A stretch of 64,000 nt of DNA from positions 1 through 64,000 of the forward strand of contig JALGVJ010000031.1 of the NCBI GenBank assembly GCA_029838195.1, read 5' to 3'. The translations under genes and the position numbers were made by a program. A model generated the notes under the pieces. That model was not told the DNA's origin and made no database searches. It saw only the letters and a program-made list of their open reading frames with translations. Shown here one piece after another: positions 38,523 to 49,292 of the stretch (its first letter is position 1; every line of letters begins with the position of its first letter). The DNA comes from Promethearchaeota archaeon (GTDB taxonomy: Archaea > Asgardarchaeota > Lokiarchaeia > Sigyniarchaeales > SOKP01).

Positions 38523-39257
38523 TTAATTACTTACATCTTTCTTATTTATCACGTCTTGGAAAGATGGGGGCTTTTTCATATAATCCACACGGAGATAAAA
38601 AATGGTTAAAATTGTAATCGTAGCAAAGATAATCTCTCCTAAAATGATGTTAATATGGAAAGCCACCATGACTCCAAAAAAATCAAGAGAAAAATGAATA
38701 AGAATTGCCATGAGCACCCAAATATTGTTAGAATCCTTCACGCATTTATAGACAAGAAAGGTCATTGCTACATGAAACGTGATGATGATTATCCTCTCAA
38801 CCACCCCAATGAAAACAAGCGGAGTAGCTATATCTGAGGTCAAATATGGAATGAGAGCAAGCGTGTGAAGCAAGAAAGCTTCTATAAGCCCCCACCCAAG
38901 CCCGAAAGACATTAATTGAGCGCTATCTTTAGAGGTTAATTTGATCTTTTTAATTATTAAAAAGCGTATTAATTCCTCAAAAAGCCCTGCCATTAAAGAA
39001 CTAAACGCAATGTACCAAATTGACATTGATACTGCAAGAATTGCGTCCGTAGAAATTGATTCAATGGGTTCGGGATAAAAATTCAAGATAATTGCTAATT
39101 GTAATAAAGGAGAGCGAAGCAAGAGTGCCCCCAACCATGAGCCCCCACCAATAAAAAATGCCAACCATGCTTTCAACCGTAACCTCGAATAAATCAAAAA
39201 GATGATGAAATGGGGCAGAATAGCAAGCAATATGGCTAATAAAATTAAGGAATTAAT
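38523..39257 (-). CDS. YhfC-family intramembrane glutamic/metalloprotease
   Basis: 'AGLFEELIR', 'FGLGWGLIE', 'ER.....FH', 'AILIH'. The frame stays open upstream of the TTG (39230) to an ATT (39257) lying 5 nt after AGGAGGTG. Confidence 0.85.
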   Translation of the reverse strand: MNSLILLAILLAILPHFIIFLIYSRLRLKAWLAFFIGGGSWLGALLLRSPLLQLAIILNFYPEPIESISTDAILAVSMSIWYIAFSSLMAGLFEELIRFLIIKKIKLTSKDSAQLMSFGLGWGLIEAFLLHTLALIPYLTSDIATPLVFIGVVERIIIITFHVAMTFLVYKCVKDSNNIWVLMAILIHFSLDFFGVMVAFHINIILGEIIFATITILTIFYLRVDYMKKPPSFQDVINKKDVSN

Positions 39258-39294
39258 GAAAACACCTCCTTATAGTCTTGGTTTCTCTTAATAT

Positions 39295-39345
39295 AGCATC
39301 TAAATAAAATTTAATTTATTTCACCCCATTAATTATTTAGATGCT
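39295..39345. promoter_or_regulatory. Perfect 13-bp inverted repeat upstream of the yhfC-like gene
   Basis: AGCATCTAAATAA (39295-39307) ... TTATTTAGATGCT (39333-39345). Confidence 0.6.
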
Positions 39346-39884
39346 TTTTTTCAGGATCACTTAATCTGAAATTTACCTGGGATGTTTTTGTATCTCTATC
39401 GCAGAGTCCCTCTTATCCCCTCTTTCTCAATTTGATTACGATGATTCCCTTGAACCCATCCGCAAGATCAATTGTTTTCATCAAGGGGTAAATTTTTCAG
39501 GCAATGCCTAATTTCTTCTCTATTTAATCAAGCATTAATAAATTAGTCTAATTTAATACAAAATGTTAACCTTTTTTTCAATTTTCATGTTTTTTCTGGC
39601 ATTTCGGATTTCTCATTTTCGACAATTTAACTTTTTTTAATTGATTATTTTTATGTTACTTTCTTTTTGAGAACTTTATACTCCATTAAATAACTAAAAT
39701 TTTATTTTATTTTAGAAATCATTCTCCGATTACAAAAGTTTTAACCTTTTTCCCTAATTTTTTATGAGTTTTTATATTTAAATGAGTCATTTTTGATCAT
39801 TCTGAGGATAGCATTTAAATAGAATTAAGGCAAAATATTAATTAACAAATTTATCTAAAAATTTGTTGCTCTTGTAATTAAACG

Positions 39885-41221
39885 GTGCGAAAAAAAATGG
39901 AACCTAAAACTAAAAAAATTGTAGCCATAATCATAATCGTTATTATCGCCGTTGGCGTTGGTCTGGGAACTTGGTATGCCGTTACCCCTCGCTACGGACA
40001 AGTACAAACCGGCACTCTAGTGACTCCTGGCGCTCCAGAAGGGATTACAGAAGATCAAGTAATTAAAATTGGTGTACTGGGCGCTTTAACCGAAATTCAA
40101 GGAGAAGGTCAATGGTATGGCGTCTATATGGCTGTTGATGAATTAAATCAAGCTGGTGGGGTTGTCATTGATGGTAAGACCTATTATTTTGGTCTTGTTG
40201 GTGAAGATACCTACGAAGCCGATCCTTACTTGGATGTAACAAAGGGCGTGGCAGCAGCCCAAAAAATGGTTCAGCAACACAAACCTAATTTTATAATAGG
40301 CGGTTTCCGAACAGAGGCATTGCTTGCCTATCAAGAAGTCGTAATGGATGCCAAAACAATTTTTATAGACACGGGAGCTGCCACTGATACTTTTACGGAA
40401 AATGTAGAAAAGAATTATGATCGCTATAAATATTTCTTCCGCACCATGCCGATTAGCTCGAGTAATTTAGCAAAAGAAATTTTAACCTTTTTAGGCTATC
40501 TACGAGTCTACATGAGTGTTGCATTAAATAAAACCGTGAATAAAGTTGCCATTATTCGTGAAGATCTCGACTGGACGGTGCCCATGACCTATTTACTCAA
40601 TGGAAAAGTACCCGGTGCACCTGGCTTGGAAGATCTTGGATGGGAAATTACAACAGAGATTGCGTATCCAATCACCGCCACGTCTAGCGATTTTGCCACG
40701 TATTGGCAGCAAATACAAGATTCTGGAGCACAGCTCGTCGTACCCATCATTAGTGCTCAAGGCGGAATTTTAATGATGTCTCAATATGCTCAAATTAAAC
40801 CAAAATGTTTGATTGCCGGAATTGATGTCATGTCTCAACTTGACAATTATTGGCAAATAATTGGGTAGAACATTATGGTGAATCACCACTCTATACGGGA
40901 CTTGGTGCATATGATTCCGTTTACATGCTTTATTATGCGATTCAAACCATCCAATCTTTTGATACTGAAGGAATCATTAGAGTATTAGAGGGAATTGATG
41001 AAGATAATTATGTTGTCGGAGCTTCCGGCAATCTTGCCTTCACTGATAATCATGATGTTGTTGAGGGCTATGATAAAAAGACAGGCGTCATTTATGGCGT
41101 GACTCTTTTCGTTCAGTGGCAAGAAGGTGGGAAGAAAGAATGCGTTTCATCAGGAGGGTTGGTGTACCCTGAATATGTTGTTACAGCACCCATTACGTTC
41201 CCAGATTGGGGAATTAACTAA
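39885..41221 (+). pseudogene. Liv-type (branched-chain amino acid family) ABC substrate-binding protein, split by a frameshift or deletion near 40860
   Basis: N-terminal TM anchor plus 'IKIGVLG', 'GGFRTE', 'YFFR'. The C-terminal part 'GAYDSVY...GASGNLAFTDNHD' is in another frame (40850-41221). Confidence 0.8.
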
Positions 41222-41442
41222 ATAAAATTCTAATTATCGTTTTTTTTTATTTGTTAATCTAAATTTTTATTTTTTTGAATAAAATTAAGTTTTCTCGTGA
41301 TTAAAATGGAAGTATTTGATGAATTTTAATAAAAGAATAAACCTTTTTTAACTATCATGTTAATAAATAAATAAAAAATTGATTTTTTTGTATTATCCGA
41401 AAATGTAAATATAATGAAAATAAAAGAAGGACATGAATAAAA

Positions 41443-42306
41443 ATGTGGCAAAACGTGATTATTTTTGGGACCGTGGAAGGGTTAATATTGGCCCTTCTTG
41501 CGTTGGGCTTCTCATTAGTTTATGGGGTGGGTGGTGTGTTGAATCTTGCGCATGGTGCGTTTTATCTCGTGGCTTGTTATGCGTTATATTGGACATTAAC
41601 AATTTTACGCATTCCTTTAATAATTAGTATTATTTTAACGCTTGCTATCGTAATGGGAGTAGGTGCTGCTGCATATTTAGGATTAATGGAGCCCTTGCAA
41701 GAATCAGAAATTGGAGTCATCATAGCGACCTTCTCTTTGGCTTTTTTTCTCCAGCAATTTGTAATCGTAGTTGTAGATCCGAAGTATCATGGCTTATTAA
41801 ATGCCCAAATTGCCACGGGAAGTATTGCATTTTTAGGTGTTGTCATTCCTTCCCAATTCATCGTAGTAGTGGTGGGTTCCATCATTTTAATGGTTGCCGT
41901 GTCATTATTCATCAGCAAGACCAAGATTGGAAAATCCATTCAAGCGGTATCGCAAGACAGGGAAGCTGCCCAGCTCATGGGCATAGATGCAAATAGAGTT
42001 TTAATGATCACAGTCATGATATCGGCATTTTTGGCAGGTATGGGAGGAATCTTATATGCTCCCACGACGGGCATTCAGCCATACATGGGATGGGGTTTCT
42101 TAATAAGTGCCTTTGCAGTCACGATTTTTGGGGGAAAAGGAAGCATTTTAGGAAGCATTTTAGGTGCTTTAATCATGGGATATGCTCGAGCATTCTGTAG
42201 CTATTATATTTCCACCTCTTTTGCGGAATTAGTTCCGCTCATTGTTATTGTTATAATGCTTTTAATAAGGCCGAGAGGGTTGTTGGGAAAAAAGGAGTTG
42301 ATGTGA
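41443..42306 (+). CDS. livH: Liv ABC transporter permease
   Basis: 'ALGFSLVYG...VLNLAHG', 'AVSQDREAA.LMGID'. Confidence 0.92.
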   Translation: MWQNVIIFGTVEGLILALLALGFSLVYGVGGVLNLAHGAFYLVACYALYWTLTILRIPLIISIILTLAIVMGVGAAAYLGLMEPLQESEIGVIIATFSLAFFLQQFVIVVVDPKYHGLLNAQIATGSIAFLGVVIPSQFIVVVVGSIILMVAVSLFISKTKIGKSIQAVSQDREAAQLMGIDANRVLMITVMISAFLAGMGGILYAPTTGIQPYMGWGFLISAFAVTIFGGKGSILGSILGALIMGYARAFCSYYISTSFAELVPLIVIVIMLLIRPRGLLGKKELM

Positions 42307-42310
42307 GAGA

Positions 42311-43333
42311 ATGACGGTTACAGAATCTTTTCAAAAGGGAATTCCGAAAAAGAGCATGATGAACTTGCTTCGAGATGCCATAAATGATTTACAGAATTGG
42401 TTGAAGACTTTTCGGGGAGGGCTCACGTTATTTTGCATGGCACTTCTTATAGTCGTTCCTCTCGTTTGGCGTAATGATTATGTTACGGGAATTTTAATCA
42501 CGGCAATGATTTTTGCGATTTTTGCTGCGAGTTGGGATTTATTAGCGGGAATCACCGGACAAGTTAGTTTTGGTCATTCTGTATTTTTTGGCATTGCAGG
42601 CTATGTCACGGCCGCTTTGTTTAAGAACTTGGGATTAAACTGGTTTCTATGCATTATAATCGGGGCCTTGATTGCCGTATTAACAGGATTAATCGTGGGG
42701 ATTCCTTGCTTGCGACTGAAAGGCCCATATTTAGCTTTAGGCACGCAAGCGTTTGCTCTGATTTTATTCAATTTGTTTATGACTGGGGAATTGTTAGGGG
42801 GAACGGAAGGAATATCAGGACTTCCTGCTATAGTTAATAAGGATATCGTTAAATTTTTCATCATTTTTGGATTCATGATAGGAACATTCATCATTCTCCT
42901 TCTTATTAGCAAGTCTAATTTAGGAACCATCTTAAAATCCATTCGAGATGATGAGACGGGGGCAGATGCAGCGGGCATCAATACCACGAGATATAAGCTG
43001 ATAGCTTTCATGATCAGTGGTTTTTTTGCCGGGATTGCGGGCTCCTTGTTTGCTTTAAGCAATCGAAGCGTGAATCCTTCGGTGTATCAACCCTTATATT
43101 CTTTTTATGCTATCATCATGGCGTCGATTGGGGGGATTTCCACCATTTCAGGTTCATTAATAGGTGCTTTTTTGTTTGTCCTGCTTGCTGAATTATTCCG
43201 ACCATTAGGAGAATTATCGATTTTAATTTTTTCCATCATATTAATCGTAGTAATACGATTTGCAGAACATGGATTGTTACACCCGGCTTTAGAAAGAATT
43301 AAAGAATTCTATGACAAGCTCATGGGAAGGTAA
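42311..43333 (+). CDS. livM: Liv ABC transporter permease
   Basis: 'GITGQVSFGH', 'LRLKGPYLAL', 'IRDDE..A...GIN'. Confidence 0.92.
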   Translation: MTVTESFQKGIPKKSMMNLLRDAINDLQNWLKTFRGGLTLFCMALLIVVPLVWRNDYVTGILITAMIFAIFAASWDLLAGITGQVSFGHSVFFGIAGYVTAALFKNLGLNWFLCIIIGALIAVLTGLIVGIPCLRLKGPYLALGTQAFALILFNLFMTGELLGGTEGISGLPAIVNKDIVKFFIIFGFMIGTFIILLLISKSNLGTILKSIRDDETGADAAGINTTRYKLIAFMISGFFAGIAGSLFALSNRSVNPSVYQPLYSFYAIIMASIGGISTISGSLIGAFLFVLLAELFRPLGELSILIFSIILIVVIRFAEHGLLHPALERIKEFYDKLMGR

Positions 43334-43403
43334 TCCAAACATAGATGATAATATGAAATTAAAAATTCAAATTTTAATAAAAGAAAAAAAAGGAATATAA
43401 ACC

Positions 43404-44144
43404 ATGGGAATCATTTTAGAGGTTAAGAATCTAACGAAAAAATTTGGCGGGCTTACTGCCGTGAATGATTTTAGTTTTGAGGTAAGAAGAGGAGAACTTC
43501 TCGGACTAATTGGACCTAATGGCGCAGGAAAGACGACCTTATTTAACGTGATTACGGGTTTTGAAAAACCGAACTCGGGAACCATTCGATTTGATGGAAT
43601 CGATATTACGAAGAAAAGTCCTTATGAAATCGTGAATTTTGGGATATCACGCACGTTTCAATTAGTAAGGGCGTTCCGTTTTCTTTCTTGCTTGGACAAT
43701 GTTAAGGTGGCGTGTTTATCTCCTCGCGGCCAGCAAGTGGCAAAAAAAGTAGGGATTGATGAATATGCGAGCATTATTCTTTCCGAAGTCGGATTAATAG
43801 ATAAAGCACGAATTCCTCCCATTATTTTACCGCATGGCGATTTAAGACGGCTTGGAATAGCCAAAGCATTGGGCTCAAACCCACAATTGCTCCTTTTGGA
43901 TGAGCCTTTTAGCGGATTAACTCATGAAGAGCAATTAGGAATAAATAAATTGATTAAACAATTAAATGATAATGGCGTGACCATTTTCATTTCAGGGCAC
44001 ATCTTGAGGGAACTCATGGCTTTGGTGCCGCGGGTGATCGCCATGCATCAAGGAAAGTTAATTGATGATGGTCCTCCTGAGGAAGTAGCTAATAATAAAA
44101 TTGTTTTGGAAGCATATTTAGGAAAAGGTGGTAAATTTGCTTGA
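43404..44144 (+). CDS. livG: Liv ABC transporter ATPase
   Basis: 'FGGL.AV', GPNGAGKT, 'RTFQ', LLLDEP, 'AYLG'. Confidence 0.93.
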   Translation: MGIILEVKNLTKKFGGLTAVNDFSFEVRRGELLGLIGPNGAGKTTLFNVITGFEKPNSGTIRFDGIDITKKSPYEIVNFGISRTFQLVRAFRFLSCLDNVKVACLSPRGQQVAKKVGIDEYASIILSEVGLIDKARIPPIILPHGDLRRLGIAKALGSNPQLLLLDEPFSGLTHEEQLGINKLIKQLNDNGVTIFISGHILRELMALVPRVIAMHQGKLIDDGPPEEVANNKIVLEAYLGKGGKFA

Positions 44145-44841
44145 ACTACAAAAAATATATCATTATTATGGAAAAGCTAAGGCTTTGGAAGAAATCAACC
44201 TCACGGTCAAAGAAGGGGCACTCGATGCGGTAATTGGCCCTAATGGTGCCGGAAAATCCACTTTGCTGAGAGTCATTTCAAAATTAGAAGAACCGGATAG
44301 AGGGAAGGTTTTTTTTAATGGAGAAAGAATTGACGAGTTAGATCCTCATGAAATTGTGGCTCGCGGAATTGTTCATTGTCCCGAACGTCGTCGCCTATTT
44401 TATGACATGACCGTGTTAGAAAATCTGGAATTAGGGGCGTATTTAGTTAAAGATAGGGACATTTTTGAGAAGAATTTAAATTTGGTATTTGAAATTTTTC
44501 CACGCTTAGAAGAGAGAATTAAACAACGTGCAGGGACGCTGAGCGGAGGAGAACAACAAATGTTGGCAATTGGTCGGGCTCTCATGGGGAATCCAAAATT
44601 ACTTTTAATGGATGAGCCTTCATTGGGGCTCGCACCGAAGGTAAAGGATAAAATTTTTGATGCAATTTTAAAAATCAAGGAAGAAGGAACGACTACTTTA
44701 TTAGTAGAACAAGATGCTATGTTGGCCATGGATATCGCAGACATGATTCATGTGTTGGAAGAGGGAAAGATTGAAATGAGGGGCACTAAAGAGGAGCTCA
44801 TGCGTGAACCTCGAATTAAAAAAGCGTATTTAGGAATATAA
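44128..44841 (+). CDS. livF: Liv ABC transporter ATPase
   Basis: GPNGAGKS, 'AGTLSGGEQQMLAIGRALM', 'DEPSLGLAP'. Confidence 0.95.
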   Translation: MVNLLELQKIYHYYGKAKALEEINLTVKEGALDAVIGPNGAGKSTLLRVISKLEEPDRGKVFFNGERIDELDPHEIVARGIVHCPERRRLFYDMTVLENLELGAYLVKDRDIFEKNLNLVFEIFPRLEERIKQRAGTLSGGEQQMLAIGRALMGNPKLLLMDEPSLGLAPKVKDKIFDAILKIKEEGTTTLLVEQDAMLAMDIADMIHVLEEGKIEMRGTKEELMREPRIKKAYLGI

Positions 44842-44860
44842 GGAGGTGGAATAAAGAAAA

Positions 44861-46207
44861 ATGTCAGCAACTATCGAAAAATTATTGAGAGATGCCCGGG
44901 TAGATTTAGTTCTTTCGAGAATCGAGAAAGATCCAAGCGTAATAGATGAGGTCATTTCTCATTTAAATAGCAATATTCGTTCGGTTAAATTCAATGCCAT
45001 TTACGTGTTAGGCGAGATAGGTACACAATCTTTAGAAGCATTGGAAGGGTTGATCAAATGCCTTAACGATGATGATTGGAGCATTTGCCGGGAAGCTTCA
45101 CGCTCTCTAGGAAAAATTGGTAGGAATTCCGAGAAAGCAATCCCACATCTCATTCCATTGTTGAAAAATGAAGAACCTTCGATTCGAAAAGAGGTGGTTG
45201 TCACATTAGGAAAGATTGGCAGTGCGAAATATAATACAGTACCAAGTCTCATTGAAGCTTTATACGATGAGAACGAGGAGATTAGAGAAGAAGCTGCCGT
45301 GGCTCTTGGTAAGATTGGAAATGCTGCTCATGAAGCCATCGGTCCATTAACAGAGAGTTTAAAAGATGTGCATTGGCGAGTAAGAAAAGCAGCTGCTGAA
45401 GCGATTAGTGAAATTGGTAAAGGCTCCACCAAGGCGATTCCGGATTTAATCAAAGCCTTGGATGATGAAGATTGGAGAGTCAGATATCGGGTCATTTTCA
45501 CCCTCGCTGAAATGGGAGAAAGTACCATCCCTCCTTTATTAGATATTCTGGACCACGAAAATCCCCTCGTGAAAAAAGGAGCGATTGAAGCATTAGGAGA
45601 GTTAAAAATTCCACGCCCAGAAGTTATTGAAAAGATTTCAGCTTTATTGGAAGATAAAAATGAAGCCGTGCGCGGAAAGGTAGCGGATGCGTTGCGGAGC
45701 ATGGGTAAAGATGCCGTACCTGCCTTGATTAATCACTTGAAAACCTCCAAATCCAAGGTAAAAATTTTGATCCTATCTGCAATTGGAGGAATTGGGGAGG
45801 AGGCTGAAAATGCCATCCCTCACGTCATTGAACTTTTAAAAAACAAAAAGAAAACCATTCGCATCGAAGCGACCAGGACGTTAGGAAAAATTGGAAGAAA
45901 TTCAAGAGAAGCGCTATCAGCATTAGAAAGTGCAACACGAGATTCGAAATGGGAGGTAAGAAGAGAAGCGGCATTGGCATTGGGTAACTTTGGAACAGGA
46001 GCGCGTGAAGCCATGCCCTCCTTAATTCAATTATTATCGGACAAAAATCCGGACGTGCGATGGAGAGCTTCTGAAGCCTTAGGAAAAATAGGCATATCGG
46101 AAAATAAAGTCATCTCTGCCTTAAAAGGCCTTATCCACGATGAGTGTGACTATGTTTGTGAATCTGCCATCAGTGCAATTGATAAATTATCAGAAAATTC
46201 ATCTTAA
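44861..46207 (+). CDS. HEAT-repeat (PBS-lyase-like) protein
   Basis: About 13 repeats of 'AIP.L...L.D....VR..AA.ALG.IG'; Shine-Dalgarno GGAGGTG upstream. Confidence 0.92.
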   Translation: MSATIEKLLRDARVDLVLSRIEKDPSVIDEVISHLNSNIRSVKFNAIYVLGEIGTQSLEALEGLIKCLNDDDWSICREASRSLGKIGRNSEKAIPHLIPLLKNEEPSIRKEVVVTLGKIGSAKYNTVPSLIEALYDENEEIREEAAVALGKIGNAAHEAIGPLTESLKDVHWRVRKAAAEAISEIGKGSTKAIPDLIKALDDEDWRVRYRVIFTLAEMGESTIPPLLDILDHENPLVKKGAIEALGELKIPRPEVIEKISALLEDKNEAVRGKVADALRSMGKDAVPALINHLKTSKSKVKILILSAIGGIGEEAENAIPHVIELLKNKKKTIRIEATRTLGKIGRNSREALSALESATRDSKWEVRREAALALGNFGTGAREAMPSLIQLLSDKNPDVRWRASEALGKIGISENKVISALKGLIHDECDYVCESAISAIDKLSENSS

Positions 46208-46274
46208 TTAATCATGATCATAAAATTCATCTATAAAAAATCTTTAAATAAAAAGAAAGAGGTGTATTGGAAAA

Positions 46275-47960
46275 ATGAGTGAAAATCCGTACGCGAAAAA
46301 ACCGTGGTTAAAACACTACGACAAGGATGTACCTCCCTCCATTGAATATCCAGAAATGAATTTGTATGAATTCTTAGATAATTCCGCAAAAAAATATGGA
46401 AGAAAAACGGCAATCTGGTTCATGAAAAATAAAATTTCCTATAAACAATTTAAAGATATCGCAGATCGCTTGGCTACAGCCCTCGTGAACCTGGGATTAA
46501 AAAAAGGACAAGTCGTGGCAATCATGATCCCAAATTTTCCTCAATTTTGTTTTAGCTTTTATGGAATATTGAAAGCCGGCGGAATTGTTACGGCTTGTAG
46601 CGTGCTCTTGACTGAACATGAATTGGCCTATCAGCTAAACGACTCGGGAGCAGAAATAATTATTGCCTGGGATAATCAATTGGAAAAGATCAATAATATC
46701 AAGGATAGAACCCGCCTTCGACACGTAATCATTACGAATGTTCTAGATTATGCCCCCCTAGCACCTACAAATCCCCCAGAAATTGCTGGTACTTTACAAT
46801 TTCTTAATTTAGTGAACAATACAAAACCAAATCCTCCGAAATTTAAGACTAACGCCCGAGAAGATATAGCAGTACTGCAATATACGGGCGGAACTACAGG
46901 TTTGCCGAAAGGAGCCATGCTCACGCATTACAACTTGGTTTCTAACGTGATTGCGACCCATCGATGGATTGGCTCGGAAGCTAATCCAGGAAAAGATACA
47001 GGGTTAACCAATCTGCCCTTATTTCACATATATGGAATGACAGTGTGTATGAACATGCTTATCTATAATGGCTCCACTATTGCCTTGAATCCAGACCCGC
47101 GCGATCAAAAATCACTTTTCGAGATTATACGAGCCACTAAACCCGCTTTTTTCCCCGGCGTTCCTACCATGTACATGCGACTCTTAGAACGAGATGATTT
47201 GGAAGATTATGCTGAAGATTTGAAGAGCATACGAGTTTGCAATACGGGTGCGGCTCCGATGCCACCCGAGGTACTCAAAGAATTTGAAGGGAGAACGGGA
47301 GGCAAGATTATAGAAGGCTATGGAATGACGGAGTGTTCACCCGTAACACATAGTAATCCCGTAAATGGGTTGAGGAAAATTGGTTCCGTAGGTCTTGCCA
47401 TACCTGATACCGAAGTGAAAATCGTGGACATTGATGATTATACAAAGATAGTACCCATTAGAGAAAAAGGAGAAATTATGATAAAGGGACCGCAAGTCAT
47501 GAAGGGCTACTGGAACAAACCAGAGGAAACGGCTAATCAATTAAAGGATGGTTGGGTTTTGACGGGAGATATTGGGATGATGGACGAGGATGGCTATCTT
47601 TACATCGTTGATCGCAAGAAGGATATGATAAACGTCTCGGGATTCAAAGTGTATCCACGAGAGTTAGAGGATGTACTTTATGAGCATGAAGCAATTGAGA
47701 AAGCTTCAATTATTGGCATTCCTCACCCTGATCTACCGGGAAGCGAACGGGTGAAAGCATATATCGTGTTAAAAAGCAATTATGAAGAAAGCGAAGAGAT
47801 GAAACGAGATATAATTGAGTTTTGTAGAAAGCATATGGCTCCTTACAAGGTTCCTAAATACATCGAATTTAGAAAAGAATTGCCGGAAACTCTTGTGGGA
47901 AAAGTTCAGCGAAAGGAATTAAAAGAAATCGAAGCGAAAAGACGAGGAGAAGAGGTCTAA
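46275..47960 (+). CDS. Long-chain fatty acid--CoA ligase
   Basis: 'LQYTGGTTGLPKG', 'EGYGMTE', 'TGDIG', 'DRKKDMI', 'GKV'. Confidence 0.94.
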   Translation: MSENPYAKKPWLKHYDKDVPPSIEYPEMNLYEFLDNSAKKYGRKTAIWFMKNKISYKQFKDIADRLATALVNLGLKKGQVVAIMIPNFPQFCFSFYGILKAGGIVTACSVLLTEHELAYQLNDSGAEIIIAWDNQLEKINNIKDRTRLRHVIITNVLDYAPLAPTNPPEIAGTLQFLNLVNNTKPNPPKFKTNAREDIAVLQYTGGTTGLPKGAMLTHYNLVSNVIATHRWIGSEANPGKDTGLTNLPLFHIYGMTVCMNMLIYNGSTIALNPDPRDQKSLFEIIRATKPAFFPGVPTMYMRLLERDDLEDYAEDLKSIRVCNTGAAPMPPEVLKEFEGRTGGKIIEGYGMTECSPVTHSNPVNGLRKIGSVGLAIPDTEVKIVDIDDYTKIVPIREKGEIMIKGPQVMKGYWNKPEETANQLKDGWVLTGDIGMMDEDGYLYIVDRKKDMINVSGFKVYPRELEDVLYEHEAIEKASIIGIPHPDLPGSERVKAYIVLKSNYEESEEMKRDIIEFCRKHMAPYKVPKYIEFRKELPETLVGKVQRKELKEIEAKRRGEEV

Positions 47961-47991
47961 TTACAAGTCATTTTTATTTTCATTTTTTTTA

Positions 47992-48049
47992 TTAAGATTG
48001 TTAAACAAAAGACACCCAAATCAATTTAATTTCTCGAGAAAGAAAAAAA
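47992..48049 (+). repeat. 58-bp direct repeat, copy 1 (copy 2 at 53321-53378)
   Basis: TTAAGATTGTTAAACAAAAGACACCCAAATCAATTTAATTTCTCGA[G/A]AAAGAAAAAAA with one mismatch between copies. Confidence 0.95.
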
Positions 48050-48056
48050 GATAACA

Positions 48057-48329
48057 CTAATAAAAAAAAATCAGAAAAATGAGGCTAACATTGATATGAA
48101 GCGAACTTTTTTCTTTTCCCTTTCTTTTTTTTGCGGGTAAGGGAAAGATCCACTGCCATAAATCCGCACCTTTTCTGATCCTCCCTCCGTTTTCCTTAAA
48201 TCTTGCTTTTAATTGATTAAACTTGCCTTTCGGTATGTATTTCAAGAGCTTCACGAAAATTTTTTCCGAAACCACGACAAAATCAAATAAGATAAAATCG
48301 TTTTCAAAAATCTTAATTAATTGTTTCAC
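48057..48329 (-). CDS. Small hypothetical protein or gene remnant
   Basis: ORF with protein-like composition; the frame is open about 10 codons further upstream with no ATG. Confidence 0.35.
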   Translation of the reverse strand: MKQLIKIFENDFILFDFVVVSEKIFVKLLKYIPKGKFNQLKARFKENGGRIRKGADLWQWIFPLPAKKRKGKEKSSLHINVSLIFLIFFY

Positions 48330-48943
48330 GGCAATTCGATATCTTCTCTGCGACCATCTTTTTCCTATATTTTTCCATTAATTTAAGCGTATTGACCTCT
48401 TTTTGGTTTACTCTGGGTTTTAACTCGCCTCTGTCCCATATTTTTTCCGTTGAATACTCTGTTATGAGAAAGTAATTAAAATTCACCTATTTAACTGCAA
48501 AAAGTGTGAAATTTTATTAATCTGGGACAATTATAAATTCCTAATTTCATCCTGTAATTTTCCCAGCTCTTCCTTCATGTGAAAGACAATTTACTCCTTG
48601 CTGTAGACACACCGTTCTTGCTCATAATCAAACCAATTATCGTATTATATTTCTTAGAATTAATGGAAATAAATACAGAATACTCTCCAAACACGATTTC
48701 CATAACAGAATTGTCAGAGACTTCGCATTTCAATAATTTAACAAAATCTCTTGTATTAATGTAAATTGTCCCCCCGTGAAAAAATTCAAAAGAATTCTTT
48801 CTTCATTTATAATATATGTTATCAAAAATAGTACCCGAGCATGATACCTTCAATTCTTTACGTTCAGAATATTTTAAATTAATGTTCTCCAAACTATTTT
48901 AAATAAAAAGAATTCATTCAAAGATACTAATAATAGACCGTGA

Positions 48944-49080
48944 TATGTAATATTCACGACAGAACACGTGAAGAATACAAGCAAGAAACTCATTAATTTC
49001 ATTGAATATAAAAGAAATCTCGGGTTTAACGTGCATCTCATCATAGTAGAGCAATTTAAGAACAAAACTGGACAAGGGCT
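48944..49080 (+). pseudogene. Fragment resembling the start of a C25 (gingipain-like) peptidase domain
   Basis: 'YVIFTTEHVKNTSKKLINFIEYKRNLGFNVHLIIVE' fits the Y.I.T...L..F..YK...G..V pattern. Confidence 0.4.
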
Positions 49081-49292
49081 TCGAAAAAAAATGAAAGAAA
49101 AACAAGAAACCTCCAATACCTACATGTTTGTTCAGATATTGCAATCTATCTTGTCTTTTACATTCATGCCAATAGTCCTTATTTCACTGATGATATTTAT
49201 AAGACCCAATTTCCAAAAAATAATTAAATGGGATAATATCCCTGGCATACTTGCCTTCGTTCCACACCACTGCCGTAAAAGGTAGATTTTTA

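Noticed and set aside
48430-48830. Possible beta-helix or surface-protein remnant on the minus strand, and plus-strand ORF 48579-48764
   Set aside because: It is too degraded to assign by eye.
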